NCBI GenBank assembly: GCA_016776925.1
Contig: JADHSL010000007.1
Span: forward strand, 4,821-68,820
Direction of reading: 5' to 3'
DNA: 64,000 bases
Origin: Pirellulales bacterium
GTDB taxonomy: Bacteria > Planctomycetota > Planctomycetia > Pirellulales > UBA1268
Part shown: positions 49,084-57,797 of the stretch, one piece after another
Layout of the letters: the number at the start of each line of letters is the position of its first letter
Numbering within the stretch: the first letter of the stretch is position 1
Translations under genes and position numbers: made by a program
Notes under the pieces: model-generated
The model's input: the letters and a program-made list of their open reading frames with translations, nothing else
Databases searched by the model: none
What the model was told of the DNA's origin: nothing

Positions 49084-49773
49084 ATGACAGAGATGACACA
49101 AATGACGTTCGCCCTACTCCGACGGCTGACCGGTTTTTTTATCGCTGGAGTTCTAGCGATTCTGCCAATCGTTGTCACGGTGGCGGTCGTGGTTTGGGTC
49201 GTTGAGTATCTCGAGTACCTCTGTGGACCAGAAACCTTCATTGGCCGGCAACTGACTGCCATCGGTATGCAGGTCGGCAAAGACGCATCGACTCCATATT
49301 TCCTGGGATGGTCCGTCGTCATCGTCGTTGTTTTCGCCGTTGGACTCCTCGTAGAATTGGGAGCAAAAAAATGGCTCGGCAAAACAGTCGAGAGTGCATT
49401 TAAGCGGATTCCGATCGTCGGCAGCATTTACAGTACAAGCCGCCAGATGATCGACATGATTGGCCCGAATGAAAACGATGCCATGAAGGGCATGACACCT
49501 GTTTTCTGTTCCTTTGGAAAAGAGGCTCCTTCACGGGTACTCGCACTACTGGTTTCTCCCGAACGATACACAGTGCTGGACCGTGATCATCTTATCGTTA
49601 TTATCCCGACCGCGCCAGTTCCATTTGGTGGCGCTATGATGTTCATACCTGTTGAAAACGTCGTTCCAGCGGGCATGCCAATTGACGGACTGATGAGTAT
49701 GTATCTGTCTATGGGCGCAACCGCTGGTCAATTTATGAAAACGCCAGCATCTGCAGATGACACAACACATTAA
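49084..49773 (+). CDS. DUF502 family membrane protein
   Basis: LLRRLTGFFIAGVLAILPIVVTVAVVVWV and IPIVGSIYSTSRQM. Confidence 0.7.
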   Translation: MTEMTQMTFALLRRLTGFFIAGVLAILPIVVTVAVVVWVVEYLEYLCGPETFIGRQLTAIGMQVGKDASTPYFLGWSVVIVVVFAVGLLVELGAKKWLGKTVESAFKRIPIVGSIYSTSRQMIDMIGPNENDAMKGMTPVFCSFGKEAPSRVLALLVSPERYTVLDRDHLIVIIPTAPVPFGGAMMFIPVENVVPAGMPIDGLMSMYLSMGATAGQFMKTPASADDTTH

Positions 49774-50314
49774 CAAGGCAACCTGGCTCTTGATCCTGTT
49801 GGCATGTGCAACAGGATGTCACACCACTACAGCAAAAGAGGGACTCTCTATGCCAGGAACCGTTGGTACCAAAGCGCCAGACGTTCAGTTTCATCTCCAT
49901 GATGGCAGTACAGTAAAACTTTCTGATTTCGAGAAACACCAATCAGTCGTACTTTTCTTTTACCCGAAGGACAATACACCTGTATGCACAAGCGAAGCCT
50001 GTTCCTTCAGGGATGCTTATCCAGACTTTGAAAGTCTCAATGCTGTGGTCATTGGTATTAGTAGCGACACGCAAGAAAGCCATAAAGGATTTGCTGAGAA
50101 ATATACTTTGCCATACCTGCTGGCGAGCGACCCTGATGGAGACTTACGAAAAGCCTTCGGTGTTCCCCGGACTCTCGGAATACTACCGGGTCGAACAACC
50201 TATGTAATCGACCAAAACGGGACTATTCGCCTCGCCTTTTCCAGCCAATTTTCTGCAGCCAAGCATGTAGAGAAAGCGAAAGAGACTCTTAATAAACTCC
50301 ACCTATCGAATTAG
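49757..50314 (+). CDS. bcp: exported peroxiredoxin (Bcp/AhpC-TSA family)
   Basis: FFYPKDNTPVCTSEACSFRD. The N-terminal signal may carry a lipobox (LLACATGC). Confidence 0.85.
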   Translation: MTQHINKATWLLILLACATGCHTTTAKEGLSMPGTVGTKAPDVQFHLHDGSTVKLSDFEKHQSVVLFFYPKDNTPVCTSEACSFRDAYPDFESLNAVVIGISSDTQESHKGFAEKYTLPYLLASDPDGDLRKAFGVPRTLGILPGRTTYVIDQNGTIRLAFSSQFSAAKHVEKAKETLNKLHLSN

Positions 50315-50321
50315 ATGTGTT

Positions 50322-50795
50322 ATGCCAGTATTTGATTTTTCATTTGAAGTGAATGCAGCGTTACCTGTGGTTCAGGCGTTTCATCACAACACCTCTGCTC
50401 TGAAACAGTTAACCCCACCACCGACCATCGTCCAGATACAATCTGTTGAACCACTTGCAGAGGGATCTGTATCGCGATTTACGCTGTGGGTGGGTCCACT
50501 TCCTTTACGATGGACTGCGATACATAAAAACGTCTCAGGCAATGGCTTTACTGATATTCAACAAAGTGGTCCCGCGGCAAAGTGGGAACACACTCACACG
50601 TTTACCGAAATCGACGCAACCCATACACGAGTCAATGAACACATTGAGTACGAGCATAAAAGTGGCTTCTGGGGCCTGGTGACGAGACTTCTTTTTTCGT
50701 ACCCCAACTTATACTTCATGTTTTGCTATCGTCGTTGGATCACCAGAAAAGCGTGTCACAACATGGCACAGAAATCCTCAGCAAAACATGCGTAG
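50322..50795 (+). CDS. SRPBCC (START/cyclase-dehydrase-like) family protein
   Basis: The size and the pattern FSFEVNAALPVVQAFHH...KWEHTHTF fit an SRPBCC ligand-binding fold. Confidence 0.55.
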   Translation: MPVFDFSFEVNAALPVVQAFHHNTSALKQLTPPPTIVQIQSVEPLAEGSVSRFTLWVGPLPLRWTAIHKNVSGNGFTDIQQSGPAAKWEHTHTFTEIDATHTRVNEHIEYEHKSGFWGLVTRLLFSYPNLYFMFCYRRWITRKACHNMAQKSSAKHA

Positions 50796-50831
50796 TCACA
50801 CGAGCACAAGACTCTGAATAGAACGGACACT

Positions 50832-51458
50832 ATGCAACCCGATTGGGACCAGCGGTATCGTCAGGGAGATACACCGTGGGACAAAGGGCGGGCATCACCG
50901 GCATTGATCGCCTGGCTCCAAGAGAATCATGGGCGCATGACAGGGTCCGTTCTCATCCCTGGGTGCGGTACGGGACATGATGTACGCGCCATTGCCACTG
51001 CCGAACCAACGTCTTTTCCAGTTGGAATTGATATCTCGAGAACAGCTATTGAAGCGTGCCGTCAAAATAAGGTCCGTGGGAACGAACGGTACGAGGAAGA
51101 AAATCTTTTCTCACTGCCAAAGACTTTATTTGGGACATGTGATTGGCTGTGGGAACATACATGTTTCTGCGCAATTGACCCAAAGGAACGGCTGGCGTAC
51201 GTGTCTGCTGTCGCAACAAGTCTTAAACCCGAAGGTTTACTTCTGGGCATTTTCTATCTGAACCCACGGACGAGTGACAACGAAGCAAACAATGGCCCAC
51301 CCCACGGCACGACCCTTCAAGAACTAAAATCACTTTTTCTCACTGACGACCTCTTTTCGCTCATAGAAATAATGGTTCCCCGTGGCTGCTACCCGGAGAG
51401 AGAAGGTCGTGAACAGCTTCTGCTACTCCGAAGAACAAAAAACCCGGTCATATCGTAA
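50832..51458 (+). CDS. TPMT-family SAM-dependent methyltransferase (thiol/halide methyltransferase-like)
   Basis: WDQRYRQGDTPWDKGRASPAL and SAM motif I VLIPGCGTGHD. Confidence 0.75.
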   Translation: MQPDWDQRYRQGDTPWDKGRASPALIAWLQENHGRMTGSVLIPGCGTGHDVRAIATAEPTSFPVGIDISRTAIEACRQNKVRGNERYEEENLFSLPKTLFGTCDWLWEHTCFCAIDPKERLAYVSAVATSLKPEGLLLGIFYLNPRTSDNEANNGPPHGTTLQELKSLFLTDDLFSLIEIMVPRGCYPEREGREQLLLLRRTKNPVIS

Positions 51459-51672
51459 AAAATTAATAGTCTTGTTCGTGCTCGTCAGCCCCGACGATTC
51501 GCTCGAACCAAATCGCCATATCCACAGGATCAGGCAGACTGCTAAAATAGACTTGGTAGGGCAGCAATGCCCGACGAACGAGGTTTCTGACTCTGGTCAG
51601 AATGGTTCGCTCGGCGGCAGTCAGTGCAGTGGTTGCGACTGCTGAGAGTCTCGTAGTAAAGGAGGTGATCCA

Positions 51673-51723
51673 GTGACGTATGGTGACTGTACAGGTGAAT
51701 GTTTAGGTGGGTTTTCCTACTGA
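51673..51723 (+). CDS. candidate 16-codon leader mini-ORF (MTYGDCTGECLGGFSY)
   Basis: The GTG at 51673 lies 7 nt after GGAGG, within a 16-nt stretch AAAGGAGGTGATCCAG complementary to a canonical 16S 3' tail. The TGA is at 51721-51723. There is no independent coding evidence. Confidence 0.3.
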   Translation: MTYGDCTGECLGGFSY

Positions 51724-51793
51724 ACAATCCGCCTGGTTGACGGGCTCATGCCTCCGGGCGTGTGATACCTCTCAACGGCATTCATTTTGACAA

Positions 51794-51825
51794 CTGCCGC
51801 CCCATTTTGGGGCGGCAGTTTTTTT
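51794..51825 (+). terminator. rho-independent terminator / attenuator immediately upstream of the MFS gene
   Basis: CTGCCGCCCC-ATTTT-GGGGCGGCAG followed by TTTTTTT. The stem is 10-11 bp and GC-rich. Confidence 0.7.
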
Positions 51826-51843
51826 CTGTGTATAGTCTTGGTT

Positions 51844-53238
51844 ATGACACCACAGGTATTCGCCACTAGCACAGCAAAACGGAACGTCCGCCTCTTCATG
51901 GCGTTCCGGATTCTCTTCAACATCCGGTTTTACTACCCGGTCTTTATGGTGATGTTTCTCCGCTATGGGATCACCTTGGAACAGTTCGGCTTGCTGAATG
52001 CTGTCTGGGCAGTTGTTATCGTTTTGCTCGAGGTCCCTTCTGGAGCACTCGCTGATCTTCTTGGCAGGAAAGCCCTTCTCGTTGCGGCTGCTATCATGAT
52101 GACTCTCGAAATGTTGCTGCTCGCAATTGTCCCCATTGGTTCATCATGGGTATTCCCAGCCCTTCTTCTCAACCGAATTCTCAGTGGCGCAGCTGAGGCA
52201 TTCGCCTCAGGCGCTGACGAAGCACTTGCCTTTGACTCTCTTAAAGCAGCCGGGAAGGATGGTGACTGGCCACGAGTCCTGGAACGGCTGATGCAAGTCG
52301 GTGGACTCGCTACCATCTTTGCTATGGTCACCGGTTCACTTGTTTACAGCCCTGACCTTATCCAAGTGGTGATGAACTGGGCTGGCTTTGCATCGCAGAT
52401 AACTCTCGATGACACATTTCGTCTTCCTGTCTGGCTCACATTCTTTTCGGGATGTGGGGCAATCCTTGTCACGCTGTCAATGCGTGAATTACCGCGGGAC
52501 CACTCTGAAAACAATATTACGCTGCTTGATCCTTTCAAACAAACGCTCCGGACAGGCTATTGGATCCTTACCAATCCGTTGGTGCTTGTCGTCATTGCTG
52601 CTGGTGTTCTTTTCGACCAACCAATTCGTCAACTGCTTGTCGTCTCAAGTCAACTCTATGCCCGGATTGAAATACCTGTGCTCTACTTCGGCATCATCAG
52701 TGCTGGAACGGCTGTCATTGGGCTCCTCGCTGCAACACCCATGCGCCGGCTTGCAACAAGTCAATCACCAAGAACCAATTTTCTGTTGCTTTTCGGTACA
52801 GTCACACTGGGACTTTTCGGAACTGCACTGCTTATTCCATGGTGGGGTGTTGGCTTTTTTATGCTTCTCTCATTATCAATGCGGCTCCTGATGTTTTTGC
52901 AGAGCCACTACCTGAACCAATTGGTTGACTCCAAACATCGTGCAACCGTGCTGAGCTTTCGCGGCCTGGCCGTCAATATCAGCTACGGTTTCATGAGTAT
53001 CGCTTTCGCAGTTGCCGTCACTGCGGTAGAGAAAGCGGACCCGACAACCACTCAGGCGGCTGCCTTCGATTGGGTCATTCGATTGCTTCCGTGGTATTTC
53101 CTTCTCGCGGTCCTCGTCTTTGTAGTCTGGGCCCAACGGCGAATCCGTTATGACACCAGAATAAACAGACCTGACGGATTCACCCCAACTACTGATTCGT
53201 CCAGCGACACTCGTACACCATCCCCTCCTTCGGTGTAA
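51844..53238 (+). CDS. MFS transporter
   Basis: 12-TM profile with the MFS loop motif EVPSGALADLLGRK. ATG at 51844. The track start at 51787 would translate the terminator hairpin. Confidence 0.8.
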   Translation: MTPQVFATSTAKRNVRLFMAFRILFNIRFYYPVFMVMFLRYGITLEQFGLLNAVWAVVIVLLEVPSGALADLLGRKALLVAAAIMMTLEMLLLAIVPIGSSWVFPALLLNRILSGAAEAFASGADEALAFDSLKAAGKDGDWPRVLERLMQVGGLATIFAMVTGSLVYSPDLIQVVMNWAGFASQITLDDTFRLPVWLTFFSGCGAILVTLSMRELPRDHSENNITLLDPFKQTLRTGYWILTNPLVLVVIAAGVLFDQPIRQLLVVSSQLYARIEIPVLYFGIISAGTAVIGLLAATPMRRLATSQSPRTNFLLLFGTVTLGLFGTALLIPWWGVGFFMLLSLSMRLLMFLQSHYLNQLVDSKHRATVLSFRGLAVNISYGFMSIAFAVAVTAVEKADPTTTQAAAFDWVIRLLPWYFLLAVLVFVVWAQRRIRYDTRINRPDGFTPTTDSSSDTRTPSPPSV

Positions 53239-55273
53239 TAACTGACCACCCAATCAAAGAACCAAAAGGGTGATCAATTGCAAAACGCGGGTCCATGGGA
53301 ATTGGTGGCGATGACTTGTCAACCGGATATCGAACCAGTCTATATGTTGAATAGGGCATGTCTTCCGGAAAAAGAAGCCACGACGTAAGGAGTTCTGTCC
53401 GTTTATTTACAAAAAACGGCAGGTGTCCAGTCATCGAAGGCGGGACCGTAGCCATTGTCATTGCCTGAAGCGTGACCCGCTCCCCTATCGGCACACCTGA
53501 TAGATCGAATACGACTTCATGCAACGCGTGCCTAAGATCATTGATTTTCTCAGGCCCATCTATGGGATGTAACACTCGCTTAAAAATACCCTGCGGCTGG
53601 TTTTCCGGTTGCCTAATCTCAATGACATTCATTGGGAAAACCCCAGTGAAAACTACCTGTCGATCACCTTCATATTCTTCATTAAATCGGACAACGATCC
53701 GATCCCAGGCCGTGACATACCCTCTCGAATCCTCATCTCGTGCGTTTGGACTGAATTCGCGGAGGTCAAAAATCCTGCTCTGTGAGAGAATTTCCACGCC
53801 TTCAAGCTGGGCTTTCGCAGGCCCAACTAATTCTCCTAATGGAGAAACCTTCCAATCTGTAGCTGCGGTTCCTTCAACAAGATCCAGTATCTGTCGAATA
53901 TCTGGATCGCCCATGGCAATCGAATCAATCACGGTGGTAAGAAGTTGTGCGTGTTTTCGCAATTGATAAACATAGACTGGACCGCAGACAAACAACACAA
54001 ACGCGATTGCAACAAATACGTAGCTTGGCCAATCTCTGAAGTCAAGAAGTGTTGACCATACTCTTCGACAACTTGAATTACGAAGTTGACGAGAATTCTC
54101 AGTAGCGGTTGAAGGTCCTTGGCTCGACATGAGATTCTTGCTGTCCGGGTTCCCTTGAGGACGCTGGGTTTCAGGACATGGATCCCATGGGGCTAGGTCA
54201 CAGTATTTATCCTTCACAAGCCCAATCTCACCGCAGATTTTCTTCGTGACTTCAAACCCATGACGTACTAATGCATTCACTTCGTAATCTGAAAACCTAT
54301 CAAGATCTGTTCGAATGGATTGCACCTCCGCCTGAATGACTGGATGCTGCGCAGTTGAGTCTTCTTCTGGTGAAATTATTTCCGTGATCGGCAGAAAAGA
54401 AAAACCGGGCTGCTGACCAAAGTTTTCACTTTCCAACTGCCACACACGATCCCAAAGAATGTCTGATGCTCGGATCGATTGCCCAATAAAACCCAGTGAT
54501 TGATCTCCAAGAATTTGAAACGGCTTGCCTGCATCACTCACAAGAACCCGATCAAACGCTCCAACCTCATCAGCCAGCCATGCAAACGCTCGTGTACCCA
54601 AATTGTCATAAACGCCACCGTCTGTGAATGACTCTGTTGGAAACTGGCCTTCGCGAACACCGAGATCTTTTGCAGTTATTTCAACCGGCGGAAAGAATCC
54701 TGGGAACGCCGATGAAGCACCAACTACTTGAGGTAGTGTCGCCATTTGACCCGGAATACATTCAAAATCAAATTTCCCAGCTTTCTTTCGTTGCTGAATG
54801 TAGAGACCCTTTTTGTTAAACACCGACAACACACCATCACTTACATTTGTCGCCAGTATGTGAAGCCTTGGCATGTCCGGGAGTTCATACAAGCACGTGT
54901 CGCCATAAAGCATGTCGCGATAATAGCGTTCTAGAACTGCGTTTGGTGTAACGAATCCAATTTCACGACGAGCCAGCTTTCCGAAGAGACGAAGGCTATA
55001 AATAAATGGCAAACGTCTAGCGATATGGTTGCGAACATCAAACTGCACAAAGTCAATAATCTCAGATGCCGCTGCCGCAAACTCTTCTTCATCACCGGTG
55101 TACTTGTCCCAATTCAACACAAGATGGGCGGCGAGGATCGATCCACCAGAGACCGAAGCAATATCACTGACATCCTGCAATATCCCCGCGTCCCTGAGGT
55201 AGCGAACGACGCCAAGATGGTAGAGGGTTGCACGAAAACCGCCACCCGAAAGAGCCAGTCCTAATTTTGGCAT
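53189..55273 (-). CDS. patatin-like phospholipase domain protein with one TM helix and an uncharacterised C-terminal domain
   Basis: GLALSGGGFRATLY (oxyanion GGGxR), serine lipase motif SVSGGS and catalytic Asp region DGGVYDNLG. One TM helix (YVFVAIAFVLFVCGPVYVY). The ATG at 55273 has GAAGGAGA upstream. Confidence 0.85.
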   Translation of the reverse strand: MPKLGLALSGGGFRATLYHLGVVRYLRDAGILQDVSDIASVSGGSILAAHLVLNWDKYTGDEEEFAAAASEIIDFVQFDVRNHIARRLPFIYSLRLFGKLARREIGFVTPNAVLERYYRDMLYGDTCLYELPDMPRLHILATNVSDGVLSVFNKKGLYIQQRKKAGKFDFECIPGQMATLPQVVGASSAFPGFFPPVEITAKDLGVREGQFPTESFTDGGVYDNLGTRAFAWLADEVGAFDRVLVSDAGKPFQILGDQSLGFIGQSIRASDILWDRVWQLESENFGQQPGFSFLPITEIISPEEDSTAQHPVIQAEVQSIRTDLDRFSDYEVNALVRHGFEVTKKICGEIGLVKDKYCDLAPWDPCPETQRPQGNPDSKNLMSSQGPSTATENSRQLRNSSCRRVWSTLLDFRDWPSYVFVAIAFVLFVCGPVYVYQLRKHAQLLTTVIDSIAMGDPDIRQILDLVEGTAATDWKVSPLGELVGPAKAQLEGVEILSQSRIFDLREFSPNARDEDSRGYVTAWDRIVVRFNEEYEGDRQVVFTGVFPMNVIEIRQPENQPQGIFKRVLHPIDGPEKINDLRHALHEVVFDLSGVPIGERVTLQAMTMATVPPSMTGHLPFFVNKRTELLTSWLLFPEDMPYSTYRLVRYPVDKSSPPIPMDPRFAIDHPFGSLIGWSVITPKEGMVYECRWTNQ

Positions 55274-55560
55274 GGTGGTAATGTCTCCTTCTCGTTGTGT
55301 TTCAATATCTTGTTTTTGCAGAGCGTCGAACACTGTATCTTAGGATGCGACTTTGACGGATGGGCAGTCTTTTCGGCCTGCGGTCTCGCTATCTCCTGAT
55401 CGTACGTCCAACTGTAGGGATCGTGCTGGTTCTCGGCCCCAAGTTATGCCTCCTGACAGGATGCACAACCACTGCCATACTCCTCTCGTACCTTCATTGA
55501 TCTGGTTATTTTTCGGAACCGTAAGCATTCAAGTAGTCCAAAACACGGAGACACGTGCAC

Positions 55561-56394
55561 ATGAAAAAATTCAATATTCGACCTAGTACCATGCCAAGCC
55601 TCGCCGGATTCTATCTGGCAGCGTGCACCATCTGCATCACAATTTGTCCAGTACCTACTGCAACCGCCGCAGAGTATCTTACCGGAATTGAATGGGAGGA
55701 ACCCAAGCAGGTGATACCTGGAAAAAACAATCAGGCCCCCCCAAGTGATGCCGTTGTTCTTTTCGATGGTGTGGATACAAACGCATGGAATAACGCGGAA
55801 ACATGGTCAGTAACAGATGGTTTCTTGATTGTTGGGAAAGGCATGATCAGCACAAAAGAGGCTTTTGGTGATTGCCAACTTCACGTGGAATGGTCAAGTC
55901 CACTCCCGGCTGAGGGAACCGGACAGGGGCGTGGTAACAGTGGCGTCTTTTTCGGGCCGTATGAAATTCAGGTTCTCGATTCATTCGAGAACGCAACCTA
56001 TTTCGATGGACAGGCCGCTGCGATCTACAAACAAACACCACCGTTGGTTAACGTCATGAGAAAGCCAGGAGAGTGGAACAGCTACGATATTATCTGGAAT
56101 ACCCCACGGTTTGATACAGAAGGAAACCTTACAGAACCTGCCACTGTGACTGTGCTTCACAACGGCGTGCTGGTACAAAACAACTTCGAGCTGCTTGGAG
56201 ACACTCCATTTAATCGGCCTCCCCGGTACCGGCCTCATCCGCCAGAACTTCCAATCCGACTGCAGGACCACAGAAATCCCGTACGTTTTCGAAACATCTG
56301 GGTTCGAGAAATTGCCCCAATACAGGGAAAACGAACACAACCACCGGCACTTCGGGATGGAAAAACGACTATGAAGTTACCCAAAACGGGATAA
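55561..56394 (+). CDS. DUF1080 / 3-keto-disaccharide hydrolase family secreted protein
   Basis: LFDGVDTNAWN, GNSGVFFGPYEIQVLDS, AAIYKQTPP and PIRLQDHRNPVRFRNIWVREI. Confidence 0.85.
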   Translation: MKKFNIRPSTMPSLAGFYLAACTICITICPVPTATAAEYLTGIEWEEPKQVIPGKNNQAPPSDAVVLFDGVDTNAWNNAETWSVTDGFLIVGKGMISTKEAFGDCQLHVEWSSPLPAEGTGQGRGNSGVFFGPYEIQVLDSFENATYFDGQAAAIYKQTPPLVNVMRKPGEWNSYDIIWNTPRFDTEGNLTEPATVTVLHNGVLVQNNFELLGDTPFNRPPRYRPHPPELPIRLQDHRNPVRFRNIWVREIAPIQGKRTQPPALRDGKTTMKLPKTG

Positions 56395-56471
56395 AAAGAA
56401 AAGAAAAGTCGCGCACGGCTGGGAACTATAGGTAAAGATTGCGGGCAGCCGCATTATGCCCGGAGGTCATT

Positions 56472-57797
56472 ATGCCCCCTTCTATTCAGTCCCAAGAGCC
56501 GCCTACCCGTTCCCGCAAACGGTGGCGTGTTCTCGTGTGTTGTGGTCTCGCTTTTTGTTTGGTCATGTGGTTTGGAGCCGGCCTGTTTTTTCTCGCCCCC
56601 CAACCAATACTCGTTGGTGTTCTTCATTCACAAACGGGTCCCATTGCTGTCAGTGAACAAGCAATGATTGACGCTGAACGACTGGCATTCGAAGAAATCA
56701 ATGCTGCTGGTGGGCTCCTCGGCCGACCAATCAAATGGATCATTGCTGATGGCGCATCAGACTGGCCAACATTTGCTCGGGAAGCTGACAGGCTGATATA
56801 CGAGGAGAACGTAACCGTTCTTTTCGGTTGCTGGACAAGTGCAAGCCGAAAAAGCGTTCTACCTGTACTCGAAAAATCAGATCATCTTCTCATCTATCCG
56901 ATGGCATACGAAGGACTCGAGGCTTGCCCAAATGTAATTTATACCGGCGCGGCACCAAATCAGCAGATCACTCCAGCTGTTCAGTGGTGCCAGAGTGCAC
57001 TGGATGCCCGCCGTTTTTTTCTGCTCGGCTCAGACTACATCTGGCCTCACTGTGTCAACGCGATTATTTCAGATCAACTTATGGGACTCGGTGTTGAAAA
57101 AGTTGCTGAAAAATATGTTCCCTTCGGCAGCACTGACCTTAAGTCTTATGTGCAAGAAATTGTAGATACACAACCTGATGTGATCCTCTGTTCCGTAGTT
57201 GGGGATTCTGCGATAGCATTTTTTCGTGAACTTCGTGATGCCGGAATTTCACCAGACGACATCCCCGTAGTCGCGTTTGCGATTGCTGAAGATGAACTTC
57301 GCTCAACGAACCATGCCGATATGGTCGGACACTATGCAGCATGGAACTACTTTCAATCAATTGACACTGAAGAAAACAGACGGTTCGTCTCTGCATTCAA
57401 AACACGCTATGGAGCAGATCGAGTCACAAGTGACGTCATAGCCGCGGCGTACAACAGTGTCTATCTCTGGGCAAATGCTGTGCGGGAGAGTGGCAATACC
57501 GACGTCCAACAGGTCCGCAATGCCCTGCGTCAACAGAGCCTCAATGCGCCAGAGGGTATCATTGCAGTCGACCCGAGTACTCAGCATACATGGCGGCCAG
57601 TTTATATCGGTAGGATCAAAGAAGACGCACAGTTCGACATCGTCTGGAGCAGTAACGTCTCTGTCCGCCCTGTACCATATCCGATCACACGCTCAAAAAC
57701 CGCTTGGAATGCCTTCGTTGACGAACTTCAGCGTGGCTGGGGGGGGTGGGCCAACACCGGGATAACTCAAACTGAGGAGACTCCCGAGAATGACTGA
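56472..57797 (+). CDS. membrane-anchored UrtA/AmiC-like (urea/short-amide type) periplasmic binding protein
   Basis: N-terminal TM anchor. VGVLHSQTGPIAVSE, EINAAGGLLGRPI, LFGCWTSASRKSVLPVLE and YTGAAPNQQITPAV closely follow the UrtA pattern. Confidence 0.8.
   Translation: MPPSIQSQEPPTRSRKRWRVLVCCGLAFCLVMWFGAGLFFLAPQPILVGVLHSQTGPIAVSEQAMIDAERLAFEEINAAGGLLGRPIKWIIADGASDWPTFAREADRLIYEENVTVLFGCWTSASRKSVLPVLEKSDHLLIYPMAYEGLEACPNVIYTGAAPNQQITPAVQWCQSALDARRFFLLGSDYIWPHCVNAIISDQLMGLGVEKVAEKYVPFGSTDLKSYVQEIVDTQPDVILCSVVGDSAIAFFRELRDAGISPDDIPVVAFAIAEDELRSTNHADMVGHYAAWNYFQSIDTEENRRFVSAFKTRYGADRVTSDVIAAAYNSVYLWANAVRESGNTDVQQVRNALRQQSLNAPEGIIAVDPSTQHTWRPVYIGRIKEDAQFDIVWSSNVSVRPVPYPITRSKTAWNAFVDELQRGWGGWANTGITQTEETPEND

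Noticed and set aside
51658-51673. On the minus strand the 16-mer reads CTGGATCACCTCCTTT, identical to a 16S rRNA 3' end, so it could be an rRNA gene fragment.
   Set aside because: The flanking sequence bears no resemblance to 16S helix 45 or the upstream region (no AACCTGCGG). I interpret it as an extended Shine-Dalgarno on the plus strand.
51466-51700. 76-codon open frame on the minus strand (…TALTAAERTILTRVRNLVRRALLPYQVYFSSLPDPVDMAIWFERIVGADEHEQDY) in the gap between the methyltransferase and MFS genes.
   Set aside because: There is no ATG/GTG/TTG start that would give more than ~34 aa, no ribosome-binding site and no recognisable family. I treat it as non-coding unless conservation shows otherwise.
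51640-51760. Riboswitch-like fragments in the MFS leader: GCTGAGA (TPP-like), GTGACTG...CAGGTG and CCGCCTGG (ZTP/pfl-like).
   Set aside because: Only isolated short matches. The remaining conserved cores (ACCTGATCTGG...GCG for TPP; ACTGGCG and CCGCCTGGGC for ZTP) are absent, and the gene context does not fit. Only an Rfam scan could settle it.
51787-51843. Track start of the MFS ORF at 51787 (MTTAAPFWGGSFFLCIVLV...).
   Set aside because: These codons translate the terminator hairpin and its T-tract. The ATG at 51844 gives a normal MFS N-terminus.
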